A stretch of DNA of 24,000 nucleotides from Campylobacter helveticus (GTDB taxonomy: Bacteria > Campylobacterota > Campylobacteria > Campylobacterales > Campylobacteraceae). The notes under the pieces are model-generated. The model had not been told where the DNA came from and ran no database searches. It was given only the letters and a program-made list of their open reading frames with translations. The position numbers and the translations under genes are program-made. The stretch is taken from contig NZ_CP020478.1 in NCBI RefSeq assembly GCF_002080395.1, positions 236,886 through 260,885 on the forward strand, read 5' to 3'. Shown here one piece after another: positions 1 through 8,672 of this stretch (the stretch's first letter is position 1; the number at the start of each line of letters is the position of its first letter).

Positions 1-276
1 GCGGTGGAGCTTGGGGCTGGGGAAATCGTGCTTAATATGATGAATCAAGACGGCGTTAAAAAGGGCTATGATTTAGAGCAGTTAAAAGCGGTGCGTGAAA
101 TTTGCTCCGTGCCTTTAATCGCAAGTGGCGGTGCGGGAGAGATGGGGCATTTTTTAGAAGCTTTTGAGCTTGGCGTTGATGGGGCTTTAGCGGCTTCTGT
201 GTTTCATCAAAGGCTGATTGATATTAAGGATTTAAAAAGCTTTTTGAAAGAAAAGGGCGTAAGTGTGAGGCTTTGA
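1..276 (+). CDS. hisF: Imidazole glycerol phosphate synthase cyclase subunit HisF, C-terminal part (5' end lies outside the window)
   Basis: Frame 1 is open from the window edge to the TGA at 274-276. The translation (...[33 protein letters not shown]...) matches the second phosphate-binding half of the HisF barrel. hisIE lies just downstream. Confidence 0.9.
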   Translation, partial: AVELGAGEIVLNMMNQDGVKKGYDLEQLKAVREICSVPLIASGGAGEMGHFLEAFELGVDGALAASVFHQRLIDIKDLKSFLKEKGVSVRL

Positions 277-578
277 TGGCGACAAGTGAAGATTTTAAAA
301 ATTTCGTGCTAGAGTGCCTTGAAAATACAAATTTGGGTTTTGAGTTTAGCGCAAGAAAAATGTTTGGTGATTACTGCATTTATGTGCATTTGGGTGCAGA
401 AAGAAAGCCTTTGTTTTTACTCTGTGATGAAAGGCTTTTTATAAAATGCTATGATAAGCTTAAGGGGCTTTTAGATGAGAAAGATAAGCCCTTTGAAAAA
501 GCAAAAGAATGGTATGTGGTGGATTTTGAAAATTTAGTTTTACTAGAAGAAATTTTAAAAAAAGTGCTGAAAGGATAA
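276..578 (+). CDS. Small TfoX N-terminal-domain (TfoX_N-like) protein of unknown function
   Basis: About 100 aa. The core SARKMFGDYCIYVHLG...KPLFLLCDERLFIKC followed by an acidic/helical tail resembles the TfoX_N pattern (R-x-MFG-x-y-x-hY...f-x-hh-x-D-x-LahK). The ATG at 276 overlaps the hisF stop (TGATG). The track's TTG at 273 is less likely. The gene ends 3 nt before the hisIE ATG. Confidence 0.6.
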   Translation: MATSEDFKNFVLECLENTNLGFEFSARKMFGDYCIYVHLGAERKPLFLLCDERLFIKCYDKLKGLLDEKDKPFEKAKEWYVVDFENLVLLEEILKKVLKG

Positions 579-581
579 AAG

Positions 582-1205
582 ATGAAAAAATTTGAAGACT
601 TGGTTGGTGAGCTTGATTGGGAAAAAGTGGGCGGTTTAGTGCCTGTTATTGTGCAGGATTTTCGCACAAGCGAGGTTTTAATGCTAGGCTTTATGAATGA
701 AGAAGCGTTAAGGAAGAGCTTAGAAGAAGGTAAGGTCGTGTTTTACTCACGCACAAAAAAGCGTTTGTGGCTTAAGGGCGAGGAAAGTGGAAATTTTTTA
801 AACATTGTGGATTTGGGGCTTGACTGCGATAAAGACAGCATTTTGATTTTAGCTAATCCTGCTGGAGCCACTTGTCATAGTGGCGATATTTCTTGTTTTG
901 AAGAAGTTTCTAAAAGAGCGGATTTTGTTTTCCTTTCAAGGCTTTTGCGTTTGATAAATGCTAGAAAATTTGCTGATGAGGTTAGTTCTTACACGGCAAG
1001 TTTATTTAAAAGTGGCACAAAAAGAATCGCACAAAAAGTTGGTGAAGAGGGCGTTGAAACAGCTCTTGCGGCAGTGGCTGGAGACAAAGAAGAGCTTATC
1101 TGCGAGGCGGCTGATTTATTATTTCATCTTAGCGTTTTGTTGAGTGATAGAAACTTAAGCTTAAATGAAGTTATCACTAAGCTTAAAGAGAGAAATGAGG
1201 GCTAA
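582..1205 (+). CDS. hisI: Bifunctional phosphoribosyl-AMP cyclohydrolase / phosphoribosyl-ATP pyrophosphatase HisIE
   Basis: The N-terminal half has HisI features (GLVPVIVQD..., SRTKKRLWLKGEESGN, DCDKDSILI...CHSG..SCF). The C-terminal half has the HisE MazG-like helices (SYTASLF..GTKRIAQKVGEEGVETALAA...EAADLLFHLSVLL). Confidence 0.9.
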   Translation: MKKFEDLVGELDWEKVGGLVPVIVQDFRTSEVLMLGFMNEEALRKSLEEGKVVFYSRTKKRLWLKGEESGNFLNIVDLGLDCDKDSILILANPAGATCHSGDISCFEEVSKRADFVFLSRLLRLINARKFADEVSSYTASLFKSGTKRIAQKVGEEGVETALAAVAGDKEELICEAADLLFHLSVLLSDRNLSLNEVITKLKERNEG

Positions 1206-1214
1206 GCCTCATTT
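1193..1214. terminator. Hairpin spanning the convergent hisIE and sodB stop codons, a possible bidirectional intrinsic terminator
   Basis: AAATGAGG (1193-1200), loop GCTAAG, CCTCATTT (1207-1214) form a perfect 8-bp inverted repeat. The hisIE TAA (1203-1205) sits in the loop and the sodB TGA (complement of 1209-1211) sits in the stem. T-rich sequence follows on both strands (TTTTG on +, TTTCTCTCTTT on -). Confidence 0.4.
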
Positions 1215-1850
1215 TGTAGGGTGGAGTTCGTTTGCGTAGAAGCTAACGGAATTCATACCTTCTTTCAAAGCCCACTCATAAGCCTTAGCGACAAAAGCCC
1301 AGTTAATATGAGCGTAAAATTTCTCCAAATATGCAGGTCTAGCATTTCTATGATCGACATAATAAGCATGCTCCCATACATCGACAACTAAAAGAGGAAT
1401 TTTATCATCACAAATCGGCGTAGCAGCGTTTGAAGTGCCTACAAATTCAAGTTTTTGCGTTTTAGAATCTAAAACAAGCCAAAACCAACCCGAGCCAAAA
1501 ACCCCTGTCGCACCTTTAATAAATTCGTCTTTAAAGCTTTCTAATGAGCCAAAATTTTTTTCTAAAGCTGCTTTTAAATTTGGACATTCACAGGTGCTTT
1601 GACTAGGACTAATGCAATCAAAATAAAAATCGTGATTATAAACTTGAGCTGCATTATTAAAAATTCCACCGCTTGAGTTTTTGATAATGCTTACTAAATC
1701 TTTCCCAGCAAATTCGGTATTTTGGATAAGATTGTTAAGATTATTGACATAAGTTTGGTGGTGTTTGCCGTGATGATAGCTAAAGGTTTCAGCACTTAAA
1801 AAATCACCAAAAGCATTAGTATTGTAAGGTAATTTTCTTAATTCAAACAT
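1209..1850 (-). CDS. sodB: Iron superoxide dismutase
   Basis: Full-length Fe/Mn-SOD. It carries HHGKHH, FNNAAQVYNHDFYF and the signature DVWEHAYYVDHRN. A strong RBS (AAGGAGAAACG) precedes the ATG. Confidence 0.95.
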   Translation of the reverse strand: MFELRKLPYNTNAFGDFLSAETFSYHHGKHHQTYVNNLNNLIQNTEFAGKDLVSIIKNSSGGIFNNAAQVYNHDFYFDCISPSQSTCECPNLKAALEKNFGSLESFKDEFIKGATGVFGSGWFWLVLDSKTQKLEFVGTSNAATPICDDKIPLLVVDVWEHAYYVDHRNARPAYLEKFYAHINWAFVAKAYEWALKEGMNSVSFYANELHPTK

Positions 1851-1877
1851 CGTTTCTCCTTTAAAGTTTGATGAGAG

Positions 1878-1883
1878 ATTTTA
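1878..1883 (-). promoter_or_regulatory. Candidate sigma70 -10 element for sodB
   Basis: The minus strand reads TTTTTGTTAAAAT, which is TGn + TAAAAT with a T-rich upstream stretch. It lies about 27 nt upstream of the sodB ATG and just downstream of the dus terminator hairpin. Confidence 0.35.
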
Positions 1884-1898
1884 ACAAAAATTCGTTAA

Positions 1899-1919
1899 AA
1901 AAGAGTAAAACACTCTTTT
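1899..1919 (-). terminator. Candidate intrinsic terminator after the dus gene
   Basis: AAAAGAGT (1899-1906), loop AAAAC, ACTCTTTT (1912-1919). On the minus strand the 8-bp stem runs into a T tract (ACTCTTTTTTAACG). It lies 4 nt after the dus stop codon. Confidence 0.45.
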
Positions 1920-1922
1920 GAT

Positions 1923-2840
1923 TTAAAAAAATTCCTCTATTTTTGTTCGCATTAAAGCCTCATCATCAATGCGGTTTATCATATCTCTAAAAGCCGAAGC
2001 GTCTTTATGCCCTTTAGAATATTCGTGCAAATGCTTACGAAAAATGCTTACCCCCATAGCCTTATAGTGCTTCATCATTTCCTCAAAATGCGTTAAGATA
2101 ATGCGTTTTTTGAGTGCCTCATCTACGCTTTTACCCTCTTTAATCTCGTAAAAAATCCAAGGATTTCCCACGCTAGCTCTACCTATCATCAAGCCCTCAC
2201 AAGCAGTGATTTTAAAAACTTCTTCTGCATTTTGTGCGTTAATGTCGCCATTAGCAATGACTGGAATTTTAACACTTTGCTTAGCTTTGGCTATGGAGTG
2301 ATAATCTGCTTTTCCGCTATAAAGCTGCTTTCTTGTGCGTCCGTGTATGCTAATGAAATCCACCCCAAGCTCTTCACAAATTTGTGCCATTTTTTCTGGA
2401 TATTTTTCGTTAAAACCAAGTCGAAATTTTACACTCGTTAGGCTTTTTTTATTATATGTTTTGATGATTCCAACAAGTTTTTTAAAAAGCTCTAAATTTT
2501 CAAGTAAGGCACTACCAGCACATTGTTTTACGACTTTATTGACAGGGCAACCGCAATTAAAATCAATGCCATCGATGAAGTCAAGCTCATTTAGCATTAA
2601 AACTGCTTTTTTAAGAATTTCTTCATCCCCTCCGGCAATTTGCACGATGTAGGGTTTTTCAAATGGTGTTTTTTCAAGCATTTTGAGACTTTTCGTGCTT
2701 TCATAAACTAAGGCATTTGAGCTTATCATTTCGCTGATAGTAACATCAGCACCAAATTGCTTCACTACACTACGAAAAGGAGGGTCTGTAAAACCCGCCA
2801 TAGGTGCTAAAAAAAGAGGTTTTGCGTTAAAATTTATCAT
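1923..2840 (-). CDS. dus: tRNA-dihydrouridine synthase (Dus family, FMN-dependent)
   Basis: Contains LAPMAGFTDPPFR, the catalytic region DFNCGCP, ISIHGRTR and MIGRASVGNPWIF. These are typical Dus TIM-barrel motifs. Confidence 0.85.
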   Translation of the reverse strand: MINFNAKPLFLAPMAGFTDPPFRSVVKQFGADVTISEMISSNALVYESTKSLKMLEKTPFEKPYIVQIAGGDEEILKKAVLMLNELDFIDGIDFNCGCPVNKVVKQCAGSALLENLELFKKLVGIIKTYNKKSLTSVKFRLGFNEKYPEKMAQICEELGVDFISIHGRTRKQLYSGKADYHSIAKAKQSVKIPVIANGDINAQNAEEVFKITACEGLMIGRASVGNPWIFYEIKEGKSVDEALKKRIILTHFEEMMKHYKAMGVSIFRKHLHEYSKGHKDASAFRDMINRIDDEALMRTKIEEFF

Positions 2841-3820
2841 AAGATAATGCGATTTAAATCAAGCTTGATATTTTTTTCTCTTAAAACAAGCAAGGCTTTA
2901 AAGTCTGTAAATTCTTCTTTATTTCTAATTTGATTTTCTAATTCTTCAAACATAGAAAATTCGGCTAATAAATATAAATAGGCTCTTGTGGCTTCACTTT
3001 TAGTGTTTTTAATTTTTAAGAAAATATTAATAATTGCGTCTGGATTAAAGTGCTTGATGCACATTTTTGCAACGGCTAAATACTCGCTTTCACTGAAATT
3101 TGCTTTTTCTATCAAGACTTCAAATTCGGCTAAATTAAGCTCTAAATTTCCCTCTTTAAAACGCTTGATAAGACTTAAAATTTGCTCGTTTGTTTTTGTG
3201 ATTTTTAAATTTTTAATTTGTTCGTAAGTGCCTTTTTTAAGCACCATTTCAAAGGCTAAATCTTGGGTTTCTGTGTCTAATTCACTTAAATTTTTAAGCT
3301 TAGAATAAGCATAATCTAGCTCGTTTTTAATGCGATTTTTTTCATTTTGCAAAACAAGAATATTATTTTTATCAAGCTTAAATTTGTTGAGGTTTTGAAA
3401 CTCCCCTTTTTTAAGGGCTTCAAGCATATCTAAAATATCATTAATTTGATTAAAATCTGCACTTTTTAACCCTTGTTTTAAACTTTTGCAAAGCTCACCA
3501 ACTTGTTTAAATTCTTTAGTATGAAAAGAAATTTTACTTTCTCTTTCTAAAAGCAAATCCTTAGTAAAATCTTGAAATTTTGCCGCATCTTTAAAGAAAT
3601 GCTTGAATTTTAAATATCTTAGAAAACCATAAAAACTGATGTGAAATAATGCCAAGATAAAATAAAATGCCAAAGGTGCAACCAGCCAAAGCATAATAGG
3701 CAAATTTAAGGTAAAAGTACCTAAAACAAGCTCATAATAGCCCAAATCTAAATAAAACATAAAAGCTATGATTAGTGCGATATAAATCAAACTTGCCAAA
3801 ATAAAAAGTCGAATTTTCAT
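2837..3820 (-). CDS. Conserved membrane protein of unknown function (N-terminal TM helices plus a long helical cytoplasmic region)
   Basis: The N-terminal ~75 aa are strongly hydrophobic (ILASLIYIALIIAFMF..., LPIMLWLVAPLAFYFILALF). The rest is a K/E/L-rich predicted helical region. 4-nt ATGA overlaps at both ends tie it to the DksA-like gene upstream and dus downstream. Confidence 0.6.
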   Translation of the reverse strand: MKIRLFILASLIYIALIIAFMFYLDLGYYELVLGTFTLNLPIMLWLVAPLAFYFILALFHISFYGFLRYLKFKHFFKDAAKFQDFTKDLLLERESKISFHTKEFKQVGELCKSLKQGLKSADFNQINDILDMLEALKKGEFQNLNKFKLDKNNILVLQNEKNRIKNELDYAYSKLKNLSELDTETQDLAFEMVLKKGTYEQIKNLKITKTNEQILSLIKRFKEGNLELNLAEFEVLIEKANFSESEYLAVAKMCIKHFNPDAIINIFLKIKNTKSEATRAYLYLLAEFSMFEELENQIRNKEEFTDFKALLVLREKNIKLDLNRIIL

Positions 3821-4170
3821 AACATTCCTTTTTCTGCGATTTCTCTACAGGCAATGCAATACCTTGCGTGAGGCTTGACTTTGAGGCGTTCTATATCGAT
3901 AAATTCATCACAAGACTCACAAATGCCATAATTTTTATGTTGAATTTTTCTAAGAGATTCTTCTATTTCTTTTAATTCTTGTTTTAAATTTGCACTGATG
4001 GTAAAGTCGATTTGCGAGTCGATTTCTATGGTTGAAAAATCGACGCTATCGCTTGGTGCTGAGTTGTGTAAGGCTTCAATTTCCTTTGAGTTGATTTGTA
4101 GGTTTTCTAGTATAACTTTTTTGCGTTCTTGCAAGAAATTTTCAAAAAATTTTAAATCGCTTGTTTTCAT
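3817..4170 (-). CDS. DksA/TraR-family C4 zinc-finger protein
   Basis: 117 aa with an N-terminal coiled-coil-like region and a C-terminal CxxC-x17-CxxC (CESCDEFIDIERLKVKPHARYCIAC). This architecture is typical of DksA-like proteins. Confidence 0.8.
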   Translation of the reverse strand: MKTSDLKFFENFLQERKKVILENLQINSKEIEALHNSAPSDSVDFSTIEIDSQIDFTISANLKQELKEIEESLRKIQHKNYGICESCDEFIDIERLKVKPHARYCIACREIAEKGML

Positions 4171-4178
4171 TAAAACTC

Positions 4179-4628
4179 CTATTTGTGATATGGGTGGTTA
4201 TGATTGATGCAAAAGGCTCTATAAATTTGCTCTAATAATAAAATTTTAACAAAATGATGTGCTAAGGTTAGGCGACTAAGAGCGAGATTAAAGTCGAATT
4301 TATCAAGCATTTCGCGTCTAAAACCATAAGCGCCACCTATGAAAAAATTAAGTTCATTTTTATTTTCTATCAGTTTTGCAAATTCAATGCTATTAAGCTC
4401 CGTCCCTCTTTCATCTAACAGCACACAAAAACCTTTTTTGTGAGGTAAAAAGGCTTCTTCATAGCTTTTTTGTGCGTTTTGAACTCCTTGAATTTGAGCT
4501 TTTGCTACTTTTTTATCAAAAAGATTGTGTTCTTTTAAAGTGGCATATTTAGAGATGAGCTTGGCATATTTTTCACTCAAATGTGCCAAATCTTCACTTT
4601 TTTGCAAATAAAAAATGCCAAGTTGCAA
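4179..4628 (-). CDS. rlmH: 23S rRNA (pseudouridine1915-N3)-methyltransferase RlmH (SPOUT family)
   Basis: 149 aa. It has the FFIGGAYG motif and the characteristic C-terminus [31 protein letters not shown]. Confidence 0.85.
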   Translation of the reverse strand: MQLGIFYLQKSEDLAHLSEKYAKLISKYATLKEHNLFDKKVAKAQIQGVQNAQKSYEEAFLPHKKGFCVLLDERGTELNSIEFAKLIENKNELNFFIGGAYGFRREMLDKFDFNLALSRLTLAHHFVKILLLEQIYRAFCINHNHPYHK

Positions 4629-4629
4629 A

Positions 4630-5472
4630 TTATTTTCCGCTAAAAAATTTCAAAGCATCGCTGACAAATTGCTTTTGAGCGGCTCTTTCTACTATGTTGT
4701 CAATGAGTCCGTGTTCAAGTAAAAACTCAGCCCTTTGAAAGCCCTCAGGTAAATCTGCTCCTATGGTTTGCTTTATAACTCTTGCTCCCGCAAAGCCAAC
4801 TAATGCACCCGGCTCGGCTATAATTAAATCCCCAAGCCAAGCAAAGGAAGCTGATACCCCACCCATAGTAGGGTCAGTTAAAATGCTTATGTATGGTAGT
4901 TTTTCCTTGCTAAGAAGTTTTATGGCAGCACTAGTTTTACTCATTTGCATTAAAGAATAGGTGCTTTCTTGCATTCTTGCGCCCCCACTTGTGCTAACGA
5001 TGATTAAGCCACTTTTTGCACTAATGGCTCTTTGCACTGCGCGCACGATTTTTTCACCCTCCACAGAACCAAGACTTCCCCCTATGAAAGAAAAATCAAA
5101 AACTACAAGTTGAGCTTTTAAGCTGTTGATAGTGCATTCGCCACTTATCACAGCACTTTTTCTACCTGTTTTATTTTCCCCCTCACTCAAACGCTTTTTG
5201 TAGGATTTGCTATCGACAAATTTTAAAGGGTCGATTGCTTCTAAATCTTTATCAAATTCTACAAAACTTCCAGTATCACTTAAAAGCTCTATGCGTTTTA
5301 AAGCTGAAATTCTCATATGAAAAGAGCATTTAGGACAAACATCAAAGCAGCTTTCCACTTCTTTGTAATACATCAAAGCGTGGCAACTTGGGCATTTTAC
5401 CCAGTGATTTGGTGCTTCGTTGGGGCTTGATTGTTTTTTTCTAATCTTTGAAAATATGTCAATAAAATTCAT
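4630..5472 (-). CDS. accD: Acetyl-CoA carboxylase carboxyltransferase beta subunit
   Basis: N-terminal zinc ribbon ([12 protein letters not shown]...CPKCSFH). The carboxyltransferase domain carries [12 protein letters not shown] and SGGARMQE. Confidence 0.9.
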   Translation of the reverse strand: MNFIDIFSKIRKKQSSPNEAPNHWVKCPSCHALMYYKEVESCFDVCPKCSFHMRISALKRIELLSDTGSFVEFDKDLEAIDPLKFVDSKSYKKRLSEGENKTGRKSAVISGECTINSLKAQLVVFDFSFIGGSLGSVEGEKIVRAVQRAISAKSGLIIVSTSGGARMQESTYSLMQMSKTSAAIKLLSKEKLPYISILTDPTMGGVSASFAWLGDLIIAEPGALVGFAGARVIKQTIGADLPEGFQRAEFLLEHGLIDNIVERAAQKQFVSDALKFFSGK

Positions 5473-5481
5473 CTTCAGCCT

Positions 5482-7698
5482 TTAAAATCTTGTTCCGAGA
5501 CTAAACTCAAAAGTGCTAGTATCATCACCCGGTTTATCATTAAGTGGTTTGGCAAAAACGACTTGCAAAGGACCTATAGGTGTAATCCACTCTATGCCAA
5601 AGCCCGTGCTCATTCTTTGCATATCGTCAATTTGCGTTTTACCTATGGCACCATAATCGAAAAATACGCTTCCGCGTAATTTAATTCTATCAATAAGCGG
5701 GAAGCTAAGCTCAAAGGAATTTGCAAAGGCTATGGTTCCCCCTACTTCATCACCCCATTCGTTTCTAGGGCTTACGGTGCGATTTTCAAAACCGCGTATG
5801 GAACGCATACCCCCTAGATAAACGCGCTGGTTGATTGGTAAATAGCCTTGGTCCCAAACTTTATAAAAATTGGCTTTATAGCGATAAATTAAATCGTAGC
5901 CGATATAATCTTCTAAACCTTGATAAAAATTAAAACTTGTTTTTGAGTATAGAAATTGTTGGTCGCCTCCAACCCCTGCGAATTCAAGGGCTGAAGAGGC
6001 AATGATACCTGAGCGTGGCAAATAAAAATCATCTGTATTATTAAAGCTTATTGCCGGAGAAATGGAGCTTTTAATACTTTCTCCTAATTGATAACCTGTT
6101 CTTAGTAGTGTTGGGCTTAGATAATAAATATCACTTTGTTCTAAATTGTAGGTTACACTTGCGTTGAAATAACGCCAAAATTGCCTACCAAGCGTGATAT
6201 CAAAGCCGTAGTTTTGCTCGGAATATTCGTCCCACTCATAATCATTTGAATAAAGTGAACCGCCGAGACTATATTCGCTATCGGCTATTCTTGGATTGGT
6301 TATATTAATTCTGCCTGAAAGCGTTTCATCACTTTTATCTATGCTAACTGAACTTTTAATGCCTGAACCAAAAATATTACTATCCGAAAGCGAAGCATTA
6401 AGAAGCAAACCATCGCTTGAGCTATAACCGATACCACCAGAAATTGCACCCGTAGCAGCCTCTTTAACTTCGACTATCAAGTCAATATGCGTTTCATCAA
6501 CCCTTTCTTCTTTGATTTCAACGCTTTCAAAATAAGAAGTTCTCCTTAGTGCGTTGATAGATTCTTTTAAGTCGGTTCTATGGTAAAGATTTCCTTCCGT
6601 GAGGAAAAGTTCTCTACGCACAACCCTATCAACGGTGCGTGAATTTCCGGAAATAATAACATTTCTTATATAGACCTTTTCATTTGGCACGACCTGAAAG
6701 CTTATGCTTGCTTCGTGTGTTTCGCTATTTTTTTGTATATCTGGAAAGACTTGAACGAAAGCATAGCCTAAATCTGCACTTTTGGTTTCTATGGTTTTAA
6801 GGTCTTTTCTTACATCTTCTATGTTGATAATATCTTTAACTTGCGATTCTAATTCTTCTAAAATTTCTTGATTTTCTTCATCGCTAAAAAGAGGATTTTT
6901 AATTTGTATATCAACGATTTTATAAGGTTCACCCTCTTTAATAAAATAAGTCAAATCCGCCCTATAAGAATCTGTATATGTTTTAAGAAAGGGTGAGGAA
7001 ACTTGCACATCTAAAAACCCTTCTTTCATATACTCATCGCTAATTCTTGCACTATCATTTCCAAGCTCAAAGACTTTAAGTTTGCCATCATTCCTGCCCC
7101 ACATCCAGCCCATAAATTCTCGCTCTTTATTTGTAACAGCGGGTTCAATATCAGAATAAGAAAGCTCTTTTCCTCCACTAAGATGAACTTTGTCGATGAT
7201 GATATTTTCACCGCGATTTACGATAAATTCAAGCTCCAAGCTATCCGAATTTTCTAGCTTTTTTTGCTTAACTTCAACCACGGTATCAAAATAACTTTTT
7301 GCCTCATAATAGCCTTTAATTCTTTCTTTTGCCTCTTTTAACGAGGTCTCGTCGAGTAAAGTGCCTCTTTTAATTCCCAAAAGAGCATCAAGGTGCTTTC
7401 TATCATTTGAGGCGATACCTGTGATAGTAACTTTAGCAACGCTTGGTTTTTCTTTAAGCTTAAAGGTCAAAATTCCGTTATTTTCTTCAACGATGATATT
7501 TTGAAAGTAGTTTTGTTTGTAAAGATTTAAAATAGCTGTATTAATTCTTGCTTCATTTAATTCTTCGCCTATTTTAAGTCCTGTGAGATTTAATGCTGTT
7601 TCATTAGAAAGGTGATAAAGCCCACTAAATTGTATATCTTTTATATTTGCCGCATTTAAAAAGGGAGCTAATGCACAAATACCGATGAGTTTTTTCAT
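5482..7698 (-). CDS. bamA: Outer membrane protein assembly factor BamA (Omp85 family)
   Basis: 738 aa with a signal peptide (MKKLIGICALAPFLNA) and repeated POTRA-like units. The C-terminal beta-barrel has alternating aromatic/glycine-rich strands and ends in ...FEFSLGTRF (terminal Phe). Confidence 0.9.
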   Translation of the reverse strand: MKKLIGICALAPFLNAANIKDIQFSGLYHLSNETALNLTGLKIGEELNEARINTAILNLYKQNYFQNIIVEENNGILTFKLKEKPSVAKVTITGIASNDRKHLDALLGIKRGTLLDETSLKEAKERIKGYYEAKSYFDTVVEVKQKKLENSDSLELEFIVNRGENIIIDKVHLSGGKELSYSDIEPAVTNKEREFMGWMWGRNDGKLKVFELGNDSARISDEYMKEGFLDVQVSSPFLKTYTDSYRADLTYFIKEGEPYKIVDIQIKNPLFSDEENQEILEELESQVKDIINIEDVRKDLKTIETKSADLGYAFVQVFPDIQKNSETHEASISFQVVPNEKVYIRNVIISGNSRTVDRVVRRELFLTEGNLYHRTDLKESINALRRTSYFESVEIKEERVDETHIDLIVEVKEAATGAISGGIGYSSSDGLLLNASLSDSNIFGSGIKSSVSIDKSDETLSGRINITNPRIADSEYSLGGSLYSNDYEWDEYSEQNYGFDITLGRQFWRYFNASVTYNLEQSDIYYLSPTLLRTGYQLGESIKSSISPAISFNNTDDFYLPRSGIIASSALEFAGVGGDQQFLYSKTSFNFYQGLEDYIGYDLIYRYKANFYKVWDQGYLPINQRVYLGGMRSIRGFENRTVSPRNEWGDEVGGTIAFANSFELSFPLIDRIKLRGSVFFDYGAIGKTQIDDMQRMSTGFGIEWITPIGPLQVVFAKPLNDKPGDDTSTFEFSLGTRF

Positions 7699-7731
7699 AT
7701 TATTTTACCTAGTTTGTGATTAAAAATTGTG

Positions 7732-7738
7732 TATAATA
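7732..7738. promoter_or_regulatory. Overlapping divergent -10 elements for tyrA (+) and bamA (-)
   Basis: The + strand reads TGTGTATAAT (TATAAT 7732-7737), 44 nt before the tyrA ATG. The - strand reads TGCTATTAT (TATTAT is the complement of 7733-7738), 34 nt before the bamA ATG. This is the only intergenic DNA between the two divergent genes. Confidence 0.35.
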
Positions 7739-7781
7739 GCAGAAAAAATTTAACAACTTTTAAAGCGGTTAGGGAAAGTAA

Positions 7782-8609
7782 ATGAAAGTAGCGATTATAG
7801 GGCTTGGGCTAATGGGAGGTTCTTTAGGACTTTGCCTAAAAGAAAATAAGCTTATTAGTAGTGTTTATGGGTTAGATTTAGACGCACAAAATGCTAAAGA
7901 TGCTTTAAATTTGGGATTAATCCACGAGTTAATTAGCTTTGATGCGCTTAGAAAATGTGATATTATTTTCATCGCTACGCCTGTTAATGCCATTATAGAA
8001 ATTTTACAAAATTTAAAAGAATTGCCAAAAACAACGACCATTATAGAACTTGGTAGCACAAAAAGAAAGATAGTGGAGAGTTTACCCACTACTTTAATCA
8101 AGCAAACTATTTTCGCACATCCTATGGCAGGGACGGAAAATAGCGGACCAAAAGCCGCTTTTAAGGAGCTTTATAAGGACGCTGTTTGTGTGCTTTGCGA
8201 TAGTGAAGTGGCTGATGATTTACACCAAAAAAGAGCGGTGGAAATTTTCTCTCATCTTGGTATGCGTATTGTATTTATGGATAGCATTTCACACGATCAT
8301 CACACGGCGATAATTTCACATTTACCTCACGCCATTAGTTTTTCTTTGGCAAATTATGTTATGCGTGAAGAAGATAGAAGAAATATCGCTTATCTTGGCG
8401 GTCCCTCTTTTAAGGGAATGTGTCGTATCGCTAAATCTTCGCCCTTAATGTGGGGGGGAATTTTTACGCAAAATAAAGAAAATATCCTAGCATCCATAGA
8501 ACATTTTCAAGAAGAATTAGAAAATTGCAAAAAAATGCTGGAAAATTGTGATGAAAATAAGCTTAAAAAATGGATGGAAAAAGCAAATCATTTAAGAGAA
8601 ATTTTATAA
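7782..8609 (+). CDS. tyrA: Prephenate dehydrogenase
   Basis: N-terminal Rossmann motif VAIIGLGLMGGSLG. Also GSTK, HPMAGTE and SHDHHTAIISHLPH, typical of the TyrA prephenate/arogenate dehydrogenase family. Confidence 0.85.
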   Translation: MKVAIIGLGLMGGSLGLCLKENKLISSVYGLDLDAQNAKDALNLGLIHELISFDALRKCDIIFIATPVNAIIEILQNLKELPKTTTIIELGSTKRKIVESLPTTLIKQTIFAHPMAGTENSGPKAAFKELYKDAVCVLCDSEVADDLHQKRAVEIFSHLGMRIVFMDSISHDHHTAIISHLPHAISFSLANYVMREEDRRNIAYLGGPSFKGMCRIAKSSPLMWGGIFTQNKENILASIEHFQEELENCKKMLENCDENKLKKWMEKANHLREIL

Positions 8610-8672
8610 TTTACTTTATATTAATTTAAAAATACTATAAATTCCCTATATTACTTTAGATATTTAGGAAAA

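Noticed and set aside
449-667. 72-aa minus-strand ORF spanning the TfoX_N/hisIE junction
   Set aside because: It is antisense to two well-supported, tightly packed + strand genes. The product is S/K/T-rich low complexity.
2232-3227. Plus-strand ORFs (69, 105 and 79 aa) inside dus and the membrane-protein gene
   Set aside because: They are antisense shadows of supported minus-strand genes, with no start context or motifs.
8610-8672. Possible promoter (TACTATAAAT) upstream of the M23 peptidase gene
   Set aside because: The hexamer is plausible but indistinguishable from background in this pure AT stretch. No extended -10 TG is present, so I left it unannotated.
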